Below, piece after piece: positions 56,169 through 64,000 of a DNA stretch of 64,000 nt. Each line of letters begins with the position of its first letter. The first letter of the stretch is position 1. The translations under genes were made by a program, and so were the position numbers. The stretch covers positions 2,304,001 to 2,368,000 of the forward strand of contig CAVTCS010000003.1 of assembly GCA_963733295.1 (NCBI GenBank), in the 5' to 3' direction. The notes below the pieces were generated by a model. The model ran no database searches. It saw only the letters and a program-made list of their open reading frames with translations, and had not been told where the DNA came from. This stretch comes from Vulcanimicrobiota bacterium (GTDB taxonomy: Bacteria; Vulcanimicrobiota; Vulcanimicrobiia; Vulcanimicrobiales; Vulcanimicrobiaceae).

Positions 56169-56621
56169 TCAGCCCGCCGCAGCTCCCGAAGCGTGAACGG
56201 CCGGCCCGAGGACATCGTCGACGAGGCAGACCGCCTCGCCGCTGAGGACTGTTTCACCCCGCTGATTGCGTACCGCGGCGTCCAGGGTGAGGATGGAGCG
56301 TTCGGGGCGGTACGCGCTCACGGTCACGCTCACCGTCACCTCGTCGCCGAGAAAAACCGGGCGTAAGAACTTGAGCGTCTGGCTCATGTAGATCGTACCG
56401 GGACCGGGGAATTTCGTGCCGAGAAGGCCCGATATATAGGAAGCGATCAGCATCCCGTGGGCGATCCGGCGCCCGAAACGGGTGTGCGCCGCGTACGCTT
56501 CGTCGAGGTGGATGGGGTTTTTGTCGCCCGTGGCCCGAGCGAATGTCTCGACTTCATCGGCGGTCACGGTGCGGACGAGCGAAGCGCTCTGGCCGACAAA
56601 GAATTCCGGGCGACTTTGCAT
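56169..56621 (-). CDS. phaJ: MaoC/PhaJ (R)-specific enoyl-CoA hydratase
   Basis: FARATGDKNPIHLDE, RIAHGML, PGPGTIYMSQ, FLRPV. Confidence 0.85.
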   Translation of the reverse strand: MQSRPEFFVGQSASLVRTVTADEVETFARATGDKNPIHLDEAYAAHTRFGRRIAHGMLIASYISGLLGTKFPGPGTIYMSQTLKFLRPVFLGDEVTVSVTVSAYRPERSILTLDAAVRNQRGETVLSGEAVCLVDDVLGPAVHASGAAAG

Positions 56622-56717
56622 ATCCGGAGATTTTCTCTCTAGATGTGTTTCCCCCGCCCTTGCGGTAACGGGACTGTAACGGCCCTCCGATACCTTACGT
56701 CCGTCGGCAAGACGACA

Positions 56718-56761
56718 AGAAGAAGCGGCGCGACTGGGCAGCGCCGCTTCTTCTCTTTTTT
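56718..56761. terminator. intrinsic terminator after the DUF1501 gene
   Basis: AGAAGAAGCGGCGC-9 nt-GCGCCGCTTCTTCT perfect 14-bp stem with T-rich tails on both strands. Confidence 0.85.
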
Positions 56762-56763
56762 GG

Positions 56764-57987
56764 CTATGCCAGCAGCGAGAGCGTCGGAAACGACCCCGCG
56801 ATGATGCCACCGGCCGGGCGGCCGAACCACTTCTCGACGACCGTCGCGTAGACGCTGCGGAAGTCGATCGTGTACTTGACGTCGCCGTTGTCGAGCGCGT
56901 CGAGCGAGGGATGCTCGCCGTAGAGTCCGCCCTTGATTCCGCCGCCCACGAGGAACATCGGCGCCGCCTCGCCGTGATCGGTACCGCGGCTCCCGTTTTC
57001 GGCGACGCGCCGGCCGAATTCGGAGAAGGTGAGCGTCAGCGTGCGCTTGTCGTTCCCATGCGCGGCTAGATCGTCGTAGAAAGCCTTAAGGGCGTCGGAG
57101 AGTTCGCGCAGCAGCCGGTCTTGCGTCGGTTTCTGTCCCGCGTGGGTGTCGAACGAGCCGTGCTGCACGTAGATCACGCGGGTGCCGAGGCGGCTCCCGG
57201 CGATTTGCGCGGCGAGCGAGAGGCTGCGCCCGATTGCGGTGGCGGGATAGGCTCCGCTCGGAGTGTAGCCCGCGACGAGTTTCGGCAGCTCTTCGGAGCC
57301 GCGCTGCGCGTGATCTTCGATCTCGGCCACCGTCGCGAGGTACGGCGAGCGAAACGGGACGCGGTCGTCGTGCACGAGCGACGCGAACGCGGTGCGCGTG
57401 TCGGCGCGGCGGTCGCTCGCCAAACCATAGCCTTGCAACGCTCCGATCGCGGGCACGTCGTTCTTGCGCGAGATCATCACTTCGGGCAGAACCGGCGCGA
57501 CCGCGACGGCGTTGAAGAGGTTTGCGGCCGGCAGGCCGGCGGAATCGAGAAAGCGTCCGATCCAGCCGGTACTCTCGAAACGCTCGGGTGCGGCGGTCTG
57601 CCAGATCTCGGTCGAACGGAAATGCGAGTGGTCGGGTCGCGGATAGCCCGCACCCTGCACGATCGCGACGTTCCCGGCGTCGTACATGTCTTTGAGCGAG
57701 CGCATCTCCGGATTGAATCCGACCTTGTCGTTGATCTGCAAGACGTCGCGCGCCGCGATGCCGAGCGTCGGACGATATTGGTAGTACTGCTGCATGCCGT
57801 GCGGCACGATCGTGTTGAGCCCGTCGTTTCCGCCCTGCAAGTTGACGATCACGAGCACGCGCTCGTCGACGCCGCCGGGAAGTCCGGGTAGCGGCGCCTG
57901 CGCGAGCGCGCTGCCGAAGAACGAATCGGTTTTGGCCGCGACCGTGAGCCCGGAGATCGCCCCTAGGAGAAAACCACTGCGTCTCAT
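56764..57987 (-). CDS. DUF1501 domain protein (Tat exported)
   Basis: MRRSGFL; LQGGNDGLNT, SHFRS, FDTH, FSEFGRR, GTDHG, DFRSVYAT. Confidence 0.93.
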   Translation of the reverse strand: MRRSGFLLGAISGLTVAAKTDSFFGSALAQAPLPGLPGGVDERVLVIVNLQGGNDGLNTIVPHGMQQYYQYRPTLGIAARDVLQINDKVGFNPEMRSLKDMYDAGNVAIVQGAGYPRPDHSHFRSTEIWQTAAPERFESTGWIGRFLDSAGLPAANLFNAVAVAPVLPEVMISRKNDVPAIGALQGYGLASDRRADTRTAFASLVHDDRVPFRSPYLATVAEIEDHAQRGSEELPKLVAGYTPSGAYPATAIGRSLSLAAQIAGSRLGTRVIYVQHGSFDTHAGQKPTQDRLLRELSDALKAFYDDLAAHGNDKRTLTLTFSEFGRRVAENGSRGTDHGEAAPMFLVGGGIKGGLYGEHPSLDALDNGDVKYTIDFRSVYATVVEKWFGRPAGGIIAGSFPTLSLLA

Positions 57988-58001
57988 CGAAAACGAACTC
58001 C

Positions 58002-59444
58002 TTAGCTCAATTGGTAGGCGGGCATCGCCATCGTAAGGTAAGCGGCGCCGCGCATCCGCTCTTCGAAATTTTCAGCCGAGAGGGCCGCGTCGGCCGACGT
58101 GCCGGTCCCGTCGAGATAAGAGGCCAGCCTCAGCGCGGCTGCGGGACTCGCGTCGCCTTGCAGGATGGCGCCGATCAGCTTTTGCGTCGCGGCCTTCCCG
58201 TTCGGGGGCAGCGCGTCGAGCAGCCAGGTCTTTCCCGGCGCCATCGCCGGTGACGAGACGAGCGCGCTCGAGAAGTTCTCGCGCGCCAAAAGCGTTTGCG
58301 TATTCAACCACTGCGAGCCGCCGTCCCAACCCTTCACGCTGGGAGGATGGAAGGGCAGCTGACCCATGCGCCGCAGCAGCGGCACCACGCCCGGCTCGAG
58401 CTGCTCGATGCCATACAGTTGATACGAACCGATAACGAACTCGACGGGGCTCTTGACGAGCGCCCGATAGGCGCGCTCGGAGTAGAAAACCTGCGAACGG
58501 AAAAGCGTCGACATCACCGGCGCCATGTTGTAGTCGTTCTTGCGGATGAGCGCCGCTAGGGCACCGACCAACTCGGGCTCGGGATCGCTGTAAACGAAAA
58601 AGCCCAGGACCTTTCCGGCGAACCATTCCGCGCAGGCCGGCTGCCTGAAGATTATCTCCACGATGTCGTCGCCGTTGAAGTTCCCGGTCTGTCCGAGGAA
58701 CGTCTTCGATCCGTCGTCGTGCTGCGCCGCGTTGAAGTAGAATTGGCCGGTGCTGCGCCCGAACGTGTAACCGGTGAAGGCGCGCGCGCTCTCGCGCACG
58801 TCCTGCTCGCTGTAGTGACCGATGCCCAGCGTGAAGAGTTCCATCAGCTCGCGCGCCATGTTTTCGTTCGGGTGAGCCTTGACGCTACGCGCGTTGTCCA
58901 ACCACTTCAGCATCGCGCGGTCGCGGACCATGGCATGCGTCAGCTCGCGCCAGTTTCCCAGCGCGTACGCGCGCAGGAGGTTGTTTTGATCGACGATATC
59001 GCTGCCGTAGATGCCTTTCGTGCCGCTGGCCGTCGCGAAATTGCCGTGCAGAAAGAGCGTCATCTTTTCTTGCAGCGGCGCCGGCGAGCCGAGCATCCGG
59101 TTCATCCACCACTCGACGTTTGCCAGTTCTTGGGCGCGCCGGGTTTGCGCGAGCGCCATGCGCTCTTCGGGCGTCAAGTCGGCCGGCCGCCGGAGCGACA
59201 TGCCGCCTTCGTCGAGCTGGCCCGGTGAAACCGGCATCGACAAGGTCGGCGGAAAGCGGACGAGCGCTTCGACCGCGTCGCCCGGCGAAAGCTTCGCCAC
59301 GCGCGCTACATCGGCCGGCGATCCGCCGAAGCCCGCGCGGCGCAGCAAGTGCGCCGCAAGTCGCGTGCTCCAGGCACCGGAGTAGGGAGAAAGCGGCGCA
59401 GCAGGCAGCGCACCGGGCGGCCGGAACGAGGCGTCGGGATCCAT
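58002..59444 (-). CDS. DUF1800 domain protein
   Basis: HLLRRAGFG, LQEKMTLF, PNENMARELMELFTLG, ARAFTG, KSP, PSVKGW. Confidence 0.93.
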   Translation of the reverse strand: MDPDASFRPPGALPAAPLSPYSGAWSTRLAAHLLRRAGFGGSPADVARVAKLSPGDAVEALVRFPPTLSMPVSPGQLDEGGMSLRRPADLTPEERMALAQTRRAQELANVEWWMNRMLGSPAPLQEKMTLFLHGNFATASGTKGIYGSDIVDQNNLLRAYALGNWRELTHAMVRDRAMLKWLDNARSVKAHPNENMARELMELFTLGIGHYSEQDVRESARAFTGYTFGRSTGQFYFNAAQHDDGSKTFLGQTGNFNGDDIVEIIFRQPACAEWFAGKVLGFFVYSDPEPELVGALAALIRKNDYNMAPVMSTLFRSQVFYSERAYRALVKSPVEFVIGSYQLYGIEQLEPGVVPLLRRMGQLPFHPPSVKGWDGGSQWLNTQTLLARENFSSALVSSPAMAPGKTWLLDALPPNGKAATQKLIGAILQGDASPAAALRLASYLDGTGTSADAALSAENFEERMRGAAYLTMAMPAYQLS

Positions 59445-59566
59445 AGCGCCATTGTAGCGGGAGGCGCGGCCAAAACCGAGTGCTCGCAGCCGAATCTAAC
59501 CACGGCTTAAGTCCCGCGCCGGGCGGCGGGGCGGGTCGCGGCCGGACGTCGAACGAGCCGCGCAAC

Positions 59567-61174
59567 ATGAAGTTGCTCGAAACGCGCGTCGCGCCGGGCG
59601 ATCCGGAGTTCGCGCGCAACGCCGCGCAGATGAGCGGCCTCGTCGCGGAGCTGCGCGAACGGCTGGAGCGAGTCCGCGACGGCGGCGGCAAAGAGGCCGT
59701 GGCTCGCCATCGCAAGCGCGGCAAGCTGACCGCGCGCGAACGCATCGACCGCCTAGCCGATCCGCTCTCGCCCTTCCTCGAGTTTTCGGCGTTAGCCGCC
59801 GACGGCGTCTACGACGATCCGACGCCCGCCGCCGGGATCGTCACCGGCGTCGTGCGCGTCGAGGGTCGCGATTGCGTCGTCATCGCCAACGACGCCACGG
59901 TCAAGGGTGGCACCTACTACCCGCTCACGGTCAAAAAGCATCTGCGCGCCCAGGAGATTGCCCGCGAGAACCATCTGCCGTGTATCTACCTGGTCGATTC
60001 CGGCGGCGCGTTCTTACCGATGCAAGACGAAGTTTTTCCCGACCGCGACCACTTCGGCCGGATTTTCTTCAACCAGGCGCGCATGTCGAGCGAAGGGATC
60101 CCGCAGATTGCGGCGGTCATGGGCTCGTGCACGGCAGGCGGCGCCTACGTTCCCGCGATGTCCGACGAAACGATCATCGTCGCCGGGTACGGAACGATCT
60201 TCCTCGGTGGACCACCCCTGGTTCAAGCGGCCACCGGCGAGATCGTCAGCGCCGAAGAACTGGGCGGCGCCGACGTGCACACGCGCATTTCCGGCGTGGC
60301 GGATCACTTCGCGGACGACGACGAACACGCGCTGGCACTCGTGCGTTCGATCGTGGCGAACCTCGCGCCGCCGCCGGCACCCTCGCGCGACGACGCGGCG
60401 CCGCAACCGCCGGCCTACGATCCACAGGAACTCTACGGCGTGATACCGGCCGACCCGCGAGTCGGCTACGACGTGCGCGAAGTCATCGCGCGACTCGTCG
60501 ACGGTTCGCTCTTCCACGAATTCAAGCCGCTCTACGGCGCGACGCTCGTCTGCGGCTTCGCCCGGATCGAAGGTCACCAAGTCGGCATCCTGGCCAACAA
60601 CGGCATCCTTTTCAGCGAAAGCGCGCTCAAAGGGACGCATTTCATCGAGCTGTGCACGCAGCGCAACACGCCGCTGATCTTTTTACAGAACATCACCGGC
60701 TTCATGGTCGGCAAAGAATACGAACGCCGCGGGATCGCCAAAGACGGAGCGAAGCTGGTGATGGCCGTCGCTTGTGCCGAAGTGCCGAAGTTCACGGTGG
60801 TGATCGGCGGGAGCTTCGGCGCCGGCAACTACGGAATGTGCGGGCGCGCGTACTCTCCGCGCCAACTCTGGATGTGGCCCAACGCGCGCATCTCGGTAAT
60901 GGGCGGACAGCAAGCCGCCTCGACGCTGCTGACGGTGCGCATGGATGCGGAAAAAGCCAAAGGCCGCAGCCTGACGAGCGAGGAGCAAGAGCGCTTCAAA
61001 GCACCGATCCTCGAGAAATACGAACGCGAAGGAAGCCCCTACTACTCGAGCGCGCGTCTTTGGGACGACGGCGTCATCGATCCGCTCGACACGCGCCGCG
61101 TTCTCGCGCTCGGGCTCGAGTTCGCGTCCTACGCCACGCCGAAACCGACGCGCTTCGGCGTCTTCCGGATGTAG
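59567..61174 (+). CDS. acyl-CoA carboxylase carboxyltransferase (methylcrotonyl-CoA carboxylase beta-like)
   Basis: [58 protein letters not shown]. Confidence 0.95.
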   Translation: MKLLETRVAPGDPEFARNAAQMSGLVAELRERLERVRDGGGKEAVARHRKRGKLTARERIDRLADPLSPFLEFSALAADGVYDDPTPAAGIVTGVVRVEGRDCVVIANDATVKGGTYYPLTVKKHLRAQEIARENHLPCIYLVDSGGAFLPMQDEVFPDRDHFGRIFFNQARMSSEGIPQIAAVMGSCTAGGAYVPAMSDETIIVAGYGTIFLGGPPLVQAATGEIVSAEELGGADVHTRISGVADHFADDDEHALALVRSIVANLAPPPAPSRDDAAPQPPAYDPQELYGVIPADPRVGYDVREVIARLVDGSLFHEFKPLYGATLVCGFARIEGHQVGILANNGILFSESALKGTHFIELCTQRNTPLIFLQNITGFMVGKEYERRGIAKDGAKLVMAVACAEVPKFTVVIGGSFGAGNYGMCGRAYSPRQLWMWPNARISVMGGQQAASTLLTVRMDAEKAKGRSLTSEEQERFKAPILEKYEREGSPYYSSARLWDDGVIDPLDTRRVLALGLEFASYATPKPTRFGVFRM

Positions 61175-61225
61175 CCGCCGAGCGAGCGAAACCTTTTTTC
61201 GCTTTTGAAGGTTAGGAAAAACGCT

Positions 61226-62164
61226 ATGCTGTCCGCGATTCGTCCGTCGTGGGCGCGTTTTTCTGCGCCCGGAGCCTCCGTCATCGCCGCCTACGCGGCG
61301 ATGGTTTTGATTTGGGGCACGACCTGGCTCGGAATCAGGATCTCGCTGACCGGCCTTCCGCCGTTGACCGGCGCCGGAGTGCGCTTCTTGGTCGCGGGGG
61401 CGATCTTCTACGCCGTCGCGCTCGCGCTCGGGACGAACCTGCGGCGCGTGGCTCCGCCCTTCCATCTCGTCGCCGTGTTGGCGCTGTCGATGTTCGGGTT
61501 GACGTACGCGCTCACGTATCTCGCCGAGACGCAGCTCCCGTCCGGACTCGTGGCCGTCTTGTTCGGGACCTTGCCGTTTTTCGTGTACCTCTTCGCACAC
61601 TTCATGGTGGGCGAGCGGGCCACGCCGCGGATGCTCTTCGGCGCGCTGCTCGCGCTGGGCGGCGTCGCTGCCATCTCATTCACCGGCGACTTCCGGGCGA
61701 GTCTGGTCTACATCGGGGCCGCGCTGCTAGCGTCGGCCACGTCGGCGTTTGCGAACGTCTACCTCAAGCGCCACGCCGACGAGGACCCGTTCGGCACGCT
61801 GCCGCCCGCGATGTTGTTGGGCGGCGCACTGCTGTTCGCTTTCGGTCTCTCGTTCGAGCACGCGAGCCTCGCGCGCGCCTTGACCCCCGCCTCGATCGGA
61901 TCGATCCTCTATCTCGCTGCAGGCGGAAGCGTGATCGCCTACTATCTCAACCACTGGTTACTGCAGCGCGTCGATTCCGGCACCGTCGGGCTCTCCGCGC
62001 TGATGATCCCGGTCGTCGCCGTGACGGTCGGCGTTATCTTCGGCGGCGAGTCGCTGCGAGTGGCCGACTTCGCCGGCGCGGCGTTGGTGTTGCTGGGCAG
62101 TTGGCTCGCGCTGTCCCAAAGTGCCCTTCGTCTACCCACGCCCACGCCCGCGCTGAACGATTAG
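61226..62164 (+). CDS. EamA/DMT family transporter
   Basis: IWGTTW, RFLVAG, about 10 TM in two repeats, PVVAVTVG. Confidence 0.9.
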   Translation: MLSAIRPSWARFSAPGASVIAAYAAMVLIWGTTWLGIRISLTGLPPLTGAGVRFLVAGAIFYAVALALGTNLRRVAPPFHLVAVLALSMFGLTYALTYLAETQLPSGLVAVLFGTLPFFVYLFAHFMVGERATPRMLFGALLALGGVAAISFTGDFRASLVYIGAALLASATSAFANVYLKRHADEDPFGTLPPAMLLGGALLFAFGLSFEHASLARALTPASIGSILYLAAGGSVIAYYLNHWLLQRVDSGTVGLSALMIPVVAVTVGVIFGGESLRVADFAGAALVLLGSWLALSQSALRLPTPTPALND

Positions 62165-62213
62165 CCGATACCGAAGGCACGAGTTTCGTGCCGACACGGC
62201 GAAGTAATGGCAG

Positions 62214-62465
62214 ATGGCCGAGGAGAGTCGAGAACTCGATGATGCAGCCCGCGCTCGCGCTGAGCGGCGACGCAAAACCAGCTGGGCCAGAGTCGTCCCA
62301 CTCGGCCAGGCGGACGCGGACGATCCTGATGATCTCACGTTGACGGCAGCCGATCGCGTCGCTCTCGTCGACACGCTGACGCTCATGGCGTTGAGGGAAG
62401 CAAACGGTGGAGTTGCACCCAGACTTCAGCGATCTGTTGCGCGCGTTCTTAGACGCGAAGGTTGA
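62214..62465 (+). CDS. small hypothetical protein (83 aa)
   Basis: Overlaps the downstream nucleotidyltransferase; LTAADRVALV...RLQRSVARVLRR. Confidence 0.65.
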   Translation: MAEESRELDDAARARAERRRKTSWARVVPLGQADADDPDDLTLTAADRVALVDTLTLMALREANGGVAPRLQRSVARVLRREG

Positions 62466-62868
62466 GTTTCTCGTCGTCGGCGCCCATGCGCTAAGTGTCC
62501 ACGATCGCGCTCGAACGACCAAGGACCTCGACGTCTGGATTCGCCGGAACGCCGAAAACGCGCAAAGGACCTGGAACGCGCTTGCGGTCTTTGGTGCTCC
62601 GCTTGCCGAGCTGACCATCGAAGACCTCACAACGGAGGACGTCGTCTTCCAAATCGGCGTGGCACCCGTACGCATCGACATTCTGACTTCAATCTCCGGT
62701 GTTTCCTTCGATGAAGCCTGGCCAAACAAGATCGAAGTCGCGCGCGATGGGCTAAGGGTTCCCTTCATCGGCGTCGAGGAGTTCTTGCGGAACAAAGATG
62801 CCTCAGGAAGAGACCAGGATCGCGTGGACGCCGCGCGGGTGCGCAGCCGCCTCGGGCGCAATCGCTAG
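62407..62868 (+). CDS. nucleotidyltransferase family protein (DUF6036-like)
   Basis: FLVVGAHAL, RTTKDLDVWI, RIDIL, NKDASGRDQDRVD. Confidence 0.8.
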   Translation: MELHPDFSDLLRAFLDAKVEFLVVGAHALSVHDRARTTKDLDVWIRRNAENAQRTWNALAVFGAPLAELTIEDLTTEDVVFQIGVAPVRIDILTSISGVSFDEAWPNKIEVARDGLRVPFIGVEEFLRNKDASGRDQDRVDAARVRSRLGRNR

Positions 62869-63262
62869 CGGAACGTCTAACGGGGTCTCTGCGAATCACT
62901 CTCGAGGAGCTCTACGTCGACCAATCGCGTTGCTCTTGTCGCCTTGGCAACATCTGAAAATTCAGCGATCACTAAAACCGTTGACTAAGGGTCACGACTG
63001 CACGAACAACGGCCGAAGGTAACGTTTCGCGTATTCTCCTGAGAGCATCATTCGGATCACATTCGAGACTGCAAGCACGGCGTGGAAGGTTGAGAGCAGC
63101 CTCGCCTGTCCTTGCGCGACTCTCGTGGTTCTCGGCAGCTGGCTTGCGACGCTGAGCGTAACTCAAAGCGAGCCGACGGCCCAGCCGGGGTGCTCGCTAC
63201 CTAGCGAAAACGCTCGCTCGTCGCAGTTGAGGTTTGCCGGGCTCGTAAGAGCCTGCGTCGAA

Positions 63263-63859
63263 ATGCATGTCATGCCGCTCGCCGTCAAGCTCCTCGAACC
63301 CGTTAGCGACGATTTGTTGTTGCGGCTCTCCAGCCTCAACGACGATTTGCGCTTCGAGCGGACCGCCTCGGGGGAACTGCTGGTGAGTCCGCCGACCGGT
63401 GGCGCGACCGGCGCGAAGAACGCCGCACTCTCGGCACAGCTTTTTATTTGGAACGAGACCTGCGGCCGCGGCGTCGTCTTCGATTCATCGACAGGCTTTC
63501 GGTTACCGGATTCGTCGGTGTTGTCGCCTGATGCCAGCTTGGTCGTCCGCGCTGCGTGGGACGCACTGACCGAAACGCAACGCCGCGGCTATCCACCGAT
63601 TTGTCCTCAAGTCGTCTTCGAACTCGTCTCAGCGTCCGACGAGCCCTACGATACGCGCCGGAAGATCGCGTCGTATCTCGCCAACGGTTGCGCTCTCGGG
63701 ATACTGGTCGATCCCTACAAACGTGTCGTCGAGACCTACGCGCAGGGCGAAGCCGTCACGATAGCGCGCGATCCGGCGACGCTCGTCATCGAAAGGCGCT
63801 TCTTCCCGGGCGCGACCGCAGATCTCAATCTCGACATCGCGAAGATCTTCGGAACGTAG
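63263..63859 (+). CDS. Uma2 family (PD-(D/E)XK) endonuclease
   Basis: ERTASGEL, FDSSTGFRLPD, SPDAS, CPQVVFELVS, LGILVDP; start 63263 or 63272. Confidence 0.9.
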   Translation: MHVMPLAVKLLEPVSDDLLLRLSSLNDDLRFERTASGELLVSPPTGGATGAKNAALSAQLFIWNETCGRGVVFDSSTGFRLPDSSVLSPDASLVVRAAWDALTETQRRGYPPICPQVVFELVSASDEPYDTRRKIASYLANGCALGILVDPYKRVVETYAQGEAVTIARDPATLVIERRFFPGATADLNLDIAKIFGT

Positions 63860-63871
63860 TCCGATCGAAGG

Positions 63872-64000
63872 CTAGATCCCCGCGTACCACTCGTAGCCCT
63901 GGTCTTCCCAGTAGCCGCCGCTCCCGCCGAGAATGTGACGGAAGCTCGCCGCCAGTTCGATGCGCTCGATCCACTTCGCGCTCTTGTAGCCGAGTTGCGT
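63872..64000 (-). CDS. molybdopterin-dependent oxidoreductase (sulfite oxidase/MsrP-like), 3' fragment
   Basis: QLGYKSAKWIERIEL...GGYWEDQGYEWYAGI*. Confidence 0.85.
   Translation of the reverse strand, partial: TQLGYKSAKWIERIELAASFRHILGGSGGYWEDQGYEWYAGI

Noticed and set aside
62870..63260. Lower-GC gap as an ncRNA or small gene
   Set aside because: No convincing RBS-ORF, stable hairpin or recognisable RNA motif by eye
1..64000. CRISPR array, prophage, IS element or integrase
   Set aside because: No regularly spaced repeats and no transposase, recombinase or phage structural genes recognised

Overview
GC-rich bacterial chromosomal segment, densely coding, with about 70 genes and no rRNA, tRNA, CRISPR array, integrase or transposase. 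The Firmicutes-like gene order, Bacillus-type phaQ, cbbX and STAND cyclase in a high-GC genome suggest a Terrabacteria lineage such as Vulcanimicrobiota/Eremiobacterota (inference only). The housekeeping backbone is trmD(3')-rplS-lepB-lepB-rbgA-rnhB-yraN ... comM ... panE-dut-nrdR / dprA-rlmH-argS, hisC, pyrK-pyrD-pyrF-pyrE and a 2-oxoacid:ferredoxin oxidoreductase. Interspersed blocks include an APC permease/small membrane protein/USP trio, a VOC-AAC(6')-like fusion, a sugar ABC transporter, secreted hydrolases, an S53 protease and a cysD-cysNC-paaK-methyltransferase-GNAT run. Further blocks are an ECF sigma/anti-sigma/two-component envelope module, a phaJ-phaQ-phasin-phaB module without a synthase, DUF1800/DUF1501, and a nucleotidyltransferase pair with a Uma2 nuclease. 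The most notable signals are: an unannotated 47-aa gene with its own RBS, AT-rich control region and terminator; back-to-back SigW-like promoters; a divergent orphan CbbX; an ArgRS with degenerate HIGH/KMSK motifs; probable CTG starts; a PhaQ operator-like palindrome; and an NrdR box in front of nrdR-dut. All calls are from motif recognition by eye; no searches were run.
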